A DNA stretch of 64,000 nucleotides from Vicugna vicugna (Eukaryota): the NCBI GenBank assembly GCA_013265495.1, contig MU058384.1, forward strand, positions 3,581,239 through 3,645,238, read 5' to 3'. Both the position numbers and the translations under genes were made by a program. Under the pieces are notes generated by a model. That model did not search any database. It saw only the letters and a program-made list of their open reading frames with translations, and had not been told where the DNA came from. Positions 1-11,911 of the stretch are shown one piece after another (the first letter of the stretch is position 1; each line of letters starts with the position of its first letter).

Positions 1-39
1 ACAACATTGAAAAATGATATAAATCAATAAAAAATTGCT

Positions 40-635
40 AAAAAAATCCTTCTGTAGGTAAATGGATAAGTAAACTGTGGTTCATCCAGAAAATGGAATG
101 TTACTCAGCACTCAAAAATATGAGCTATCTCCTCAAGCCATGAAAAGACGTGGAAACTTGAATGCATATTACTAAGTGAAAGAAGGCAGGCTAAAAAGGC
201 TAAGTATTGTATAATTCCAACTATATAACCTTCTGGATTAGGGAAAACTATGGAAACAGCAAAAAAATTAGTGATTGCCTGGGGTTGGGGGTGTGGGAGA
301 GGGAAGAGCCAGCAGAGCACAGAGGATTTTTAGGGCATGAAAATATTCTGTATGATATTATAATGATGGATGCATGTCATCAAGCATTTGTCCAAATCCA
401 TAGACTGTACAACACCAAGAGTGAACTGTAATGTAAACTATGGACTTGGGGTAATAATGATGTATCAATCAATGTAGATTAATCAACTGGAGCAAATGTG
501 TCACTCTGGTGGGAAATGTTGACGATGGGGGAGGCCATGCATGCATGAGGGCAGAGGATAAGTATGAAATCTCTGTACCTTCCTCTCAATTTCACTGTGA
601 ACCTAGGACTGCTCTAAAAAAATAATTTTTAAAAA
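40..635 (+). mobile_element. Old L1 3' end (L1MC-like)
   Basis: aatggataagtaaactgtgg...catattactaagtgaaagaagg...gtaaactatggacttgg...ctgtgaacctaggactgctctaaaaa resembles an L1M 3' UTR and ends A-rich. Confidence 0.75.
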
Positions 636-3600
636 AACTTCCTTGTTTTCTGCTCATTCACCCTCTTCTGTGGTTCCTTCTTCCCTCACTCACTTGGCTC
701 ACTCTTCTGCTGTCCCTTTTTCAGTGTTAACCTTGGACATTGCCTGGCTTCCTTAAGATAACTCAATGCTAACTGAGTAGCTATTAACTTTTCTGTTGAG
801 ACCCGCATGTCTCCAAACTCAGTGTGACTGGCATCTCAGATTGTTGTCTTTTGCGGGGCCCTGTTAGGGAGGTGGCTGGCCTCCCTCATGGGCTCAGTCT
901 AATCATTTCCCATTTATTAGTTTTATCGATCACCACCCCCTGAGGGATGACAGAAACCCTGGCACAGATATTAACTCCACAATATAGAACAAATCTGTTC
1001 ATTGGCCAAGAGCTCTTTCATACACTGTTCAAAAGATTAAAGAAAGGCCACGACAACTTCACCCTTCATTTTTTGTCTGACCTATTTCTACCTTCCCCGT
1101 CTGAATTGTTAACAATGTTCTATATTATTTTTCAAGACAAGCATCCCAGCCAAAAAAAAAAAAAAAGTTTCTTTATGAACGTTTTTATTGGATTGAGCCA
1201 GAGCAAGTCTCCCACAATCTGACTGCCTGGAGCCCCGGGGCGCCAAGAGCGCTGGGCAGGAGCTGCTGTCCTCGCCGAGCAGACCTCCAAACAGCCTGCA
1301 CCAAGCCTTCCTGCCTCTGCCCTTTATGCAGAGACTACACAGCCAGTTCCCTATCCAGCAGATTCAATTTATGGCATTTTATTTTCCAAGTTTGGCACTT
1401 TAGGGAAATCAGGCTTACCAATCAGGCCATCTTAAAAGGAGCTTATAATCCAATGTAGTTTCCAACTGAATGAGAAAACTGAAGTTGTGCTTTGATTTTT
1501 CATGACTTGGCTTTCTTTTGTTGGTCAGTCAACAAATCTTTATTGAGTGCTGGATCCATGTCCAGTGTTGGGCAGTAGGAGGGCAGATAAGACAGCGGAA
1601 TGCCAGCCTTTGTGCGGTGAACTGTCTGGCCTACTGGCTCTCTTTCCACAATCATCTCTCTATAAGGTGATGGAATTAAAGGGGATGGCATTTGCTTACA
1701 GAGCCATTCATCACATGAAAGAGGTAGTACCATCGTATGCTTACAGCAGCGCTCGGAGAGGCTTAGGCAATATTAGGTAAAGTGACTTTCCCTTTATACC
1801 ATCACAATGACAGTAAGTGCCTACAGAGATGGCCACTTACCAAGCCAGTAATAATGTTTATAAAATATATTGTAGATTTTGGAAGACAGCCACTAGGTGA
1901 ATTGCAAAATGTAAAACTTTTCCCAGTTTTCCTCTCCAATTCATTTGAAAATTGAACATTACTCCTGAAAGAAAAACAGGAAACTAGCCTTTTGAATTGA
2001 GTTGCTTGCTATGGGCTGCTTTAAGGGTAACTGGGCACAGCAATTGTTGATGAGAAAGAATGGCAGCCCTCTGGAGAATTGGGCAATCAGCGTGAAAGCA
2101 CTCCACCTATAGCCAGGACTTTTGAATTTCAGATGTGACCTGTGTTAACTCCCACTAATCCAAGGCAGCGGTGTTACACAGTAGAGATTTATAACTGGTG
2201 AAGTTTTATTAAATCGCACAATAGGTTAGTGCTCTAGATTCATCATAACTGTATGGAAAGCCAGTCCAAGACCAACAGCACCTCTCATTCATTCAGAGAT
2301 CTTTGATACAAAGATACCACACACACACAGTCTGCGTGAAGCGAAAGAGCAAGAAATTTGGTTCACCGTCCAGATTTCTGTGAATTAGGCCTTCTGCATC
2401 AAGATACAAAAACGTCAAGATAATTGTTTAAAAAAACTTTTCAACCAAGTGTTTTGGCATAAAACAGTTAAAATCAACCTTTCTCCTTTCCATCGCTCTG
2501 CAGGAGAAGGATGATCTAGAGGCAAGAATGGACCAAACATATCTGGAATTACATCATGTGAAGGGACAAAATCAAAGGCATGCCCTTTGCCTGTAAGTAG
2601 TTGTTCTTTCTGTCACATCAAGCTTATTTTCTGGATTATTTTCAGAACATATCACTGAGGTTAATCCATTGTTACATTCTTGCAAACTCTGAAAATAAAC
2701 ATCAGAAGATAAACTTTAGCGTCTCTCTTGCCCTTTTAAGGAATGTTCAGCTAGTTTTTATCATCAAAGTAGCCCTTTTGGGAGTAATCCTTCATGTGTA
2801 TAAAATCACATTGACTATAAAGAAATATTTTAAAAAGGAAACAAATTGTTCAGAAATTGGTATATAATATTTACTTAATAAATATTTGTTGAATCAAGGA
2901 ACAAATTATGGATGACTGGATTAAAACTGGTATTGTGATGGAAAAAAGTTTTGCTTTTCAAGTGCATTTTTTGGGAAGGAAATTTCATTAGCAAATTTAA
3001 ATTATACCAGTTGGGAAGCTTTTGATTAAAAGAAAACAATTTTTTGCTTGAAAGAAAAAAAAAAAACTAAAAGTGGCTTTAAACTAGGAATTGATTCTTT
3101 CCTGTAAAAGAAGCCTGGAAGTAGGCAGGTCCAGTACAGTTAACCCAGCAGCACAATGAAGGCATCAAATAACAGGCTCTCTCCCTCATTTTCTTGGTTG
3201 CCCTCAGCACACTGCTGTTCATCCTTAGGAATGTCCACCCAGTTTCAAAATGACTGCTGTAGTTTCCAACATCACATCCCCACCAAGAGCACGCAAGTGC
3301 AGGATAAAAGGAATTTCTTCTGAAAAGCATCTTCTTACCAAAGAGAACCTGTCCAGAACCCCTTCCCTAGCATACCTATTCATCTCATTCTCAAGCTGGA
3401 TCACAGATCCACTGCGAAACCAGTCACTGGCAAACAGATACGGGTCCACCATAATGGTTTTAGAAAAATGGTGATTAGCACAACTAGGGGGTTGGCCCAC
3501 CTTCCCAGAGCACACTGCTGCTTGTACCTGAACAAGTTTAGAGTTCTGTGTGCAAAGAAGAACTGGGGAGACAATCAACTTTGCTTTAGTTACAAAATTT

Positions 3601-4111
3601 TCCAGAACAACTTTCTCTTCTTTGTGTAGTGGGACAGAAAAGGGGTGATGTTTTAATAACTTCGGCTTTTTCACCTTCTAGGATGTAGTGAAGAATTACA
3701 TTGGAAAATGATTGCTCTTTTGTTTTAGAGAAAAGTGTTGTAACCCTACCAGTTACTTCTTCAGAACAGTAGTAAGAAAATAAGGAACTTGGGGGCTTGA
3801 GTCTAGGGTAAGTGTGACTATGGGAGACTGACTCTTCTGAGCAGGAGATGGCCCCACAGAGCAGCAGGCAGGGCCCAAGGAGACAGGAACACTCAGAGAC
3901 GCCAGGAGCAAAGGCTTCTGCTACTGCCTTTCGAGTTTTCCCTTCCTGCACTGAAATGGCCTTATGACAGGTAGCTTCAAGCATTCAGTAAATCTTGTCA
4001 ACTGCATCTCAATGTCAACTTTATATTAGCAATACCTGGTGTAAAAAAGGAGCACAAGAGCAAGTTAGGAAGAGCAGCCTGAAAAAGCAATTTGAGAATA
4101 GCAGGAAGCAT

Positions 4112-4352
4112 CCATCCAGAAGAGGAAAATCCACAGAAGCCGAAAGTAGATTAGTGATGCCAGGGGCTGGGGCGACTGGGGAGAAATGGATAATGACTTC
4201 TATTGCGTACAGGATTTCTTTTTGGGATGATGAAAATGTTCTAGAATTAGACAGTAGTAACAGTTGTACAATTCTATAAACATACTAACGACTATTGTGC
4301 ACTTAAAATGAATGAATTTTATGGTATGTAAATTATATTTCAATAAAGCTGA
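4112..4352 (+). mobile_element. Old L1 3' terminus (L1MB/ME-like)
   Basis: aaagtagattagtgatgccaggggctgggg...gggatgatgaaaatgttctagaattaga...gtaaattatatttcaataaagct. Confidence 0.75.
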
Positions 4353-4814
4353 TTTTTTTTTAAAGTGATCAGCCCAGCAGCTGGGAGCAGGAAGAAATCA
4401 GCAGCACTGAGCAGGCTCAGTGAGTCCTCAGAAACACTAGAGAAGGTCTGTACTTCCCAGGATTATTTAAGAAGAAGGAATAAGTGATTTTATTTGAATA
4501 TGAAAAGAGAGATGGACCCAAAAGGCTGGGGTTTTGGGGCTTGGCTATAATAGCAACTGAACCCCTCACTCCCTTCTGTTTTCATGGTACCTCAACTGCT
4601 CTCTCGGTTGCTTAGCACTCACAAACAGAACACTGTTCATACACACACACACACAGGTTGTATCCTTTTCTTTTTTTGAGGACAGTAGAAAGGAATCATG
4701 ACTAGAGCCTGGGTCCTCAGTGAGTTACAAAATTAACAAGCACTGGAACTGCCCTCCACCACTGCCGCCCTCTCCAGCTTGATGATGTCAGGTTGAATGC
4801 TTTGCAACAAGAGG

Positions 4815-5060
4815 CAGAATAGCATAATGGTGAGACAGCTGGACACGGAGTCAGACTACCTGGGTTCAGATCAGCTCCTGCATCTGCAAGTTCCCAGCTA
4901 TGAGACCAGGGCAAGTTACCCAGCCTCCCCATACCTCAGTTTACCCCTTGTATCACTGGGATAATATTAATGCCCCCCTCCCCATAGGACTATTGTGAGA
5001 ATTACATAATGAGTCCATGCACAATATTTAGAACTGCACCTAACAAATAATAAGCACTGT
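4815..5060 (+). mobile_element. MIR SINE
   Basis: ggagtcagactacctgggttca...gggcaagttacccagcctc...cctcagttt...ttgtgagaatta core similarity. Confidence 0.75.
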
Positions 5061-5311
5061 AATAATAAGCCTCAGGTATTATTATTCATAATAGTGTACA
5101 ATGTACAACACTGCTCCAGTGTCCAGGGAATTTGTGAAGCATAAATGTAGGGCTGACTCAGCTGAATTATAAATGGAAGAGTAAGACAATAGGGAAAACC
5201 ATGGGTTGTTAGAGACCATGGGTGACCCGCCAGATGGTAATTTGCAAGAGACCAGGGTGGCATAGCTAATCCCTAGTCAGGTGCAGGGGATAAAGTTTGT
5301 GTGGTGAAAAT

Positions 5312-5347
5312 GCAAAAGCAAAAGCAAAAGCAAAAGCAAAAGCAAAA
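5312..5347 (+). repeat. (GCAAAA)6 microsatellite
   Basis: Read directly from the sequence. Confidence 0.95.
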
Positions 5348-5409
5348 TTGACAAAAAACCTTTTTTGGTTCTTTATTCCACCCTATTGCTAAGAACAATT
5401 ACTTTATAT

Positions 5410-5960
5410 TTATGTCACTTGGGACTCTTTGGATTGCAACTGGCAGAAATTTTAACTTGAAATGACTTAAGCAAATAACTACAATAAAAAAAAAAGACTT
5501 TGTTTTATGTACCTGACAATCTGAGGGATAGTACTATCTTAAGTGAAAATCAGCTTGATTGCAGGGCCACATGAAGTCACCAGGACACAGTTTTTTCCCC
5601 CATCTCTCTACCTCTGGTCCACCTCTCTGTGTTGATTCCTTCCTATTATATCTTTTCCAGGTGGAAAGATGACAACAGCATATCTGCATCCCCTCCCCTC
5701 AATCCCATCCTCCTAGGTTCAAGTCCAGTAAGAAAGAAATATGCAACTTAAATCTTGCCAAAATTATCCTTATACTTCATTGGCTCTGACCAGGTCCCAT
5801 GACCATCCTGAACAATGGAATTCCCAATTGAAGGAGATACTTTGATTGGATTGGCCGGAGTCACACACTGAGGGCGCAAGGATGGAGCTAATACTATCTG
5901 AACCACATGAACTCAGAAGTGCGAAGAGGGGGTTCCCTAAACGGGATGGGCAAGCCCATT
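5410..5960. mobile_element. Degenerate MLT1-type MaLR LTR
   Basis: ggattgcaactggcagaaa...gacttaagcaaa start, and tcattggctctga...gattggattggccggagtcaca motifs. Confidence 0.5.
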
Positions 5961-6619
5961 TTACCAGATGTGTGGCCTGCTATCCCATGTTCTGCTCACA
6001 GGCTCTCTTTTGAACTCCGCTGTTTTATCTCAGGAGCAGGACAAAGCAGATGCAGAGAGGAATATATCTAGAATTGGAAGTATTTATTATTTCTGTAGGG
6101 GGCAGGGGATGGGGGTGGCCAGGGAGAGGGTCCAGTTTCAGCAGATGCTGTGATGAAGTCCAGCCTGGCAGAGCTAACATGGTATCTAGAGACAGAGGCA
6201 ACAGATGAGTCAGGTCAGCAGTCATCATCTGGAGGTTAACATGAAAGTTATAGGCATCATAGCAGATAATTGGAATGTGGTAAAAGAAAACCCAGAAGTA
6301 GGAGAGATTTCCTACTGCAAGATGAGAAGGGAACTGATACTAATGACAACTACCATGGCAACCAATCTCAATGTGCATTGACTCTTGCTCAGAGTGCACT
6401 TGGGAGTGGGAGTTGCCCACACTCACATGTGTTTATCACCATTGCTTGAGGGCAGGAGTGGCCAACACTCATCACAAGGTGCAGAGGGCGAGAGTTACAA
6501 TAAGGGCCAGTAGCTTTGGGTGATTTTCTTTTCTTTTGGAACCTTCCTTAGGAATGTTTAGCATCCCTTCACAACTGCTTCTTTTACAGAAATTGAGCAG
6601 ACTTTTCAAAAGTCTTCAG

Positions 6620-7910
6620 CCAGGACTTCTGGTTCCAGATCCATCGTGTAAAGAGCTTGAAAGTTGTTATTCCCATCCTTACAAGCAGAGAAAGATGAAC
6701 AAACTGAAAATCAATGACTTTTCAAGGATCCATCAAAGAACTGAGGTCACAGGGCAAACGGTCAACCCCAAATCTAGATTGACAGATGAATTCAGAAAAT
6801 TACAACAGAGACCTCCTTATCTGGAGCAGAAGCCACTGGAGCTATAAATAGGTAGAAGTACTTATATGGTAAATTTTATACATCTCTGGAGGCTGAATAT
6901 GGACTATCATGAGAGGAAGAAATGCCTGGGGGCCATAGACTTAGGGGACTCCCCACATTTTCATGGGTTTACCTTCCAGGAAACTTTGACACCCTTGCAG
7001 AAGGAGGGAAAGAGTAATCATTGTGAAATATGCCCAGAGGGTTTTCCGCAACAAAGGCTTCCTCTCCAGGGGCAGAGACTTACCAGAGCCTTTTCCCATT
7101 CTAGGCCCTTCTGGCCTTCTTGTCTCTTTCTCAGGGGAGACAAAAGAAAAGTCTAAGAAACATTTGTGCATGTCGCACCCAGGGACACAGGCCACTAAGA
7201 GACTGAGAAGTAATAATAAGATTATAGAGCACTTCCCCTCCTCTCCACTTTACCAGCACACCAACAAGGCTCCAGTGTAGTTAAGAGTGGATTACAGCTG
7301 TAAGAGCTGCAAGAGTGTCAAATTCTATTTAAGGAGAAGTTCTTAGAGAAGCCCAAAGACAACAGGGAGATAAAAATGAGAACGCTAGAGGGACTTAACA
7401 ACTCTGGCACCTACACTTGCAGCAAACATGAAACAGAGCCTAACTCCTAGCCATCTCAATATGAAGTCTCACATTAGAAGCATATTTACCTTGGTTTCTA
7501 TTATCCCATCTGGCTTTCAACAACAACAACAAAATTATAAGGTATGTTAAATAACAAGGACAAAACATGTCTGAATAGACAAAGCAAGCATCAGAACCAG
7601 ACTCAGATATGACACAGATTCTGGACTCATCAGCCAGGCAATTTAAAGTAGTGATTATTAATATGCTAATGGATCTAATGGGAAAAGTAGACAACAAGCT
7701 AGAGCAGACGGGCGATGTGTGCAGGGAGATGGAAATTCTGAGAAAGAATTCAAAGGAAATGCTAGAAGTTTCTTTTTTTTTTTTTAATTGAAACACTGTG
7801 ATGGAAAGGAAGAATGCCTTTGATGGGCACATGAGCAGACTGGACATGGCCAAAACAAGACTCAGTAAGCTTGAAGATAGGTCAACTGAAACTTCTTAAA
7901 CTAAAATGCC
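6620..7910 (+). mobile_element. Ancient L1M 5' region with degraded ORF1 start
   Basis: 7590-7900 translates to ORF1-like MTQILDSSARQFKVVIINMLMDLMGKVD...REMEILRKNSKEMLE...AFDGHMSRLD, broken by indels. Confidence 0.65.
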
Positions 7911-8787
7911 CCCCAAAATCTTCTGTTAGTTAGGGAATTGTGAGTTTCACCCAGCTTTGTCTTGGTGAAGAATTACTCACAAAGACTATTAGGCCTTCTG
8001 GCCCCACTTTTGTAGGAAGTCTTGCAGAAGTTTAGGTTACTGTTTCAGCTCTGCTCAGCAACCCACGGTAGCACGTACACACTTTCTCACCTGCAGTGTT
8101 CTGGGCAGTCATTTGCCCCAGAGCTTCTGATTGATCTATGCCTCAATTAACAACAGAGGGTTAGACAGCATTTAGGGGAGGGGCCAGCAGCAGGGCCAGC
8201 AATGAGCAGCTCTGACATCATGCCATGTCCCACAGACAGATTCCAGCTGCGAAGTGGCAAGTGAGTGTGAGGCAGGGCCTCCATCTTGAAGAACTGATAG
8301 AGGAATAGATTGTCGAGTCTGGGACCAGACACCCACAGGGGTATAGAAAAGGGGCACATTCTCAGAAAAGGGAGAATCCAAGTCATTAGAACTGGAGCAC
8401 AAAGACTTGGTCAGTCAAGCAACAGTGATGACTTCCAGGGGAGTCCCTGCCACGGTGAGGTCCTGGAGAGTATTAGAAGTCTCCTTCCTGTCCGACTCGG
8501 TACTTTGTCAGAGCCAAGGTCAGAGAGGACCTGAGTCTATAGACGGGCTCACATGTTACTGACAGTGGAGGAAGGATTTGCAAGCCAGGCCAGGCCTGCC
8601 ACCTGTTCATGCCCTCCTGCGGCTGAGCCCCAGGCACTGACTCCCATTCTGCCCTGTCCTGTGACTCACTTTCTTACTCCGTGTAGAAACTCCCAAACTT
8701 TGCCCAAACCAATGCGCTTGGCACTTTTGATCTTCCTGGGTTTTGCCTATCCTCCCTCCCACTCCCACCCCTCCCGCCATAGGTGTC

Positions 8788-9264
8788 TGTGATGGTTATT
8801 TTTCTGTGTCAACTTGTCTAGGCTGTGGCGCTCAGTTGTTTGGTCCAACAGTAGTTAGTCTAAATGTTGCTGTGAAGATACTTTTTAGATGTGATTAGTA
8901 TTTACACTCAGTGGATTTTGAGTAAAGGAGATTACCTTCCATAATGTGGGTGGGCCTTATCTAATCAGCTGAAGGCCTTAAGAGCAAAGAATGAGGTTTG
9001 CAGAAGCAGCAGCAATTCTGCCTCAAGACTGCAACATAAATCCCAACTGGAGTTTCTCACTTGCTGGCCTGCCCTACAGATTTTAGATTCACCAGCTCCC
9101 ACAATTGGCAATTCTTTAAAGTCTCTCTCTCTCTCTTTCAGATAGTTAGATAGATAGATAGATAAATAGACAGATAGATAGATCAATCTTCTAGGTTTTC
9201 TACACACATACACACACACCTTCACCTTCTTGGTTCTGTTTCTCTGGAGAACTCTACTGATTCA
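8788..9264 (+). mobile_element. MLT2-type (ERVL) solo LTR with internal (TC)n/(GATA)n/(CA)n tract
   Basis: Starts TGTGATGGTTATTTTTCTGTGTCAACTTG, ends TTGGTTCTGTTTCTCTGGAGAAC...CA; flanks gtgtc/atgtc resemble a 5-bp TSD. Confidence 0.85.
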
Positions 9265-10129
9265 ATGTCTCTACAAGTTTGTTGACAGTTATCTTTTTGT
9301 AATAAATGCAACTCACAGTTTTAACCAAAAGGGACTTTTTTGAGTGAAAAACAATCATTCTACCCATTTATCTAATAGTGGAATTAACAAAAATATATAT
9401 TTATTTTGTTCAACTTCGCTGCTTTTCACTAATTCTCAGCTTCAGAGACTTGCAGCCGGATGCTGCCTTCTGGCATGTTGGCATTAAAATTAATGCTGAT
9501 TTTGAAAGAAGTCATTATAACTCTAGCCAACCATTTCTAACTGCAGCCATATGAGAGCTCCTACATCTTAAATGGCTTGTAGAAGTACCTATGGAAACAG
9601 CCAATTACCCATGAAAACTAGTAAACCAGAACCAACCACAAACCATCACAAGGACACTTACCAGCTTGTAGAGACAAACTGATGCCTCTGCTTTTTGGTT
9701 TGTTTTGATTTTGGAAAATAAAGAAAAATATATGCTGCCATCTGAGAGTCTCAGGAACATGCTGGCAAATAATGAGTGCCTTCAACCTCCAAGTGCTTCT
9801 CCTGGAGGGGGCTGGCAGGAAGACATCCCCCTCGCTGCCTGCTACTGTTACATCTCAAACTCCATGTTAACTGAAGTCGGATGTGGATGGCTTTCATAGG
9901 CAGCAGGAGGCAGGACTTTATTTTGCTTTATAACAGTTTGCTTAACTGGAATGAGAGTGTTTTTGATATTATTGTTGTTTTAAGCCAAACTGCCATGCTG
10001 GCTTAGGAAGTTCCTGATGGGGTGGCTCCTGTATCCCAGATACTAAACACCATACATTGAAGGCAGACACAGCCACACAACAACAATAAAACAAAGGTGC
10101 CCAAAACAAATGTCTAACAATATAACTTT

Positions 10130-11081
10130 AAGCAGATAGACACATACTTTATTTTGACAAATTTAGGATAGAAAAATATCATAAAGTGAATATAGCAGTT
10201 GCTCTTTTTATAACACGGTTTGGGATGTGCAGTGGATTTTGAAAGGCTAGCTTTAACAGAATGGTCTCATTTCTGTCTGGCTTCAGTTAATACTGAATTG
10301 TATGCCAGCCATTGCATTTACTTGAAAGGATACTGGACACAGTGAAACTGTTTTTATAAAAGGCTCAGGCATTCAAAAATAAATATTATAAAGCAATGAA
10401 CCAAACCAACCTTTAAAATATTTTTATAATCACCAAAAGCCAACTTTAAACTTCAGGACTAAAGCTAAGAACTCATATTCTCAAAATAGCTTTAAATTTT
10501 TCTACCAATGTATAATAGAATCGTAGAGCACTCATATTTTTTTTCAAAATGAGGAAAAGTGAGCGTAAACATGATATTTCAGATGACTATAAACAGTAAA
10601 CATCAACTCAGTATCCTTAAATATGTTATTTCAATAATATACTCTTTGCCCAGCTGGCCATAAAAACTGCAACTCTATCATCAAAAAGGTGCCCGTGCAT
10701 GTAATCTTTGAGCTTATTAATTGCTGTCATCATTTCTACACACCATCTTTGGAGGGGGTGGTTGAGGGACTCTTGGTACATGCAGATGTTTGGTTACGGT
10801 TGTAAAGACAAAAAAAAATGTGCCAGGAGTCTGCAGCTGAAACCCTGCCTTACTTGGTTAAGAACCTTCACATTCTTTTGTCTCTGTGATGCCTCCGGTA
10901 AACTCATGCTAAATAATTCACATGGGTGTTAATTTTGTTGCTATCAGTCGCTTCAGCTTCTTTCCTTGCTTTTCTCCCCTACGCCTCAAAGCATATACTT
11001 GGGCGGCCTCTCATTAAAGTATGTTATCTCTAACATATAAAATAAGTGTATGTACATATATACATAACAGGCATTTCCTTT
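10130..11081 (-). other. SLC35D3: SLC35D3 3' UTR (approximate end)
   Basis: AT-rich non-repeat sequence after the stop codon, running to the AATAAA at 10153-10148. Confidence 0.65.
10148..10153 (-). terminator. Polyadenylation signal AATAAA of SLC35D3
   Basis: Plus-strand tttatt, followed on the minus strand by a strongly U/GU-rich tract (TTGTTTTGG...TTTGTTTTATTGTTGTTGTGTGG), typical of a downstream element. A second AATAAA lies at 9922-9917. Confidence 0.7.
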
Positions 11082-11911
11082 TCAAGGACTGGGTAACTCC
11101 TCATTTTCTATTAAATAATCCTTCTTCATATACTTGGTTCCCCTAACTAGCCTCCACACTTCGAGGTAAGCATCCTTTAATGACCTTTTGCTCACTTCTT
11201 CAGGGCTGTCTGAGATCCTGGAGCTCCTAGCCAGCAGCGGGACTCCTCTGGGGCGGCCCCTTGCCTCTTGCCCACCCTGCTGAGTGGAGCCACCTGTAGC
11301 CATCCCCACTTTTGACCCGCCATTTCCGCCCTCCGCGGGCAGCTCCTCCATGATGAACGGCAGCTGGTCTCCACCTGGCTGCGCCTCCTCTCCCCCAGGC
11401 TGCGTCTCCAGGTCCTCGTAGTTGCTCTGCTTTCTGGTCTCCAAGAATTTGGCCACACAGTAAATGATGGAGCCCAGGGTGTTCACCACGACCCCGGCAA
11501 TGAATAAAGAGGTGGGCTCCACATCGCTGAAGGCCACCATACCCACCGTGATGGTGGCGATGCTCTTCACCACGCCCACGAAGCTGGTGGTCACCGCCGA
11601 GTTGATGTAGGTGCAGTGCAATGTGGTGAAGTTCATGGCACAGCCGATCAGGATGCAGGCCACGAAGATGCACACCATGGCCGGGTCCTTCCAGCCGGGG
11701 AAGGCCCAGGCGTGGATAGAGTCGGTGCTAGCGAAGGAGAAGATGACCAGCAGTGGGGTGGCGGAGACAGCGATGACGTACTGCGCGGTGAGAGGCCCGT
11801 GCTCCGTGTCTGCGCTTGCCTTCTGGATGAGCACCAGGTAGGCGGCATGCACCAGCACCGCCAGCACGCCCGTAACGTACCCGATGGGGTCGCCGGTCAG
11901 GTCGCCGGCTC
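11082..11911 (-). CDS. SLC35D3: SLC35D3 coding exon 2, 830 nt including TGA; spliced CDS 1269 nt = 422 aa
   Basis: Acceptor TTCAG|GA at 11912/11911 continues phase 1: (G)AGDLTGDPIGYVTGVLAVLVHAAYLVLIQK...KDYLIENEELPSP*. The intron is 1032 nt (11912-12943), GT-AG. Confidence 0.96.
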
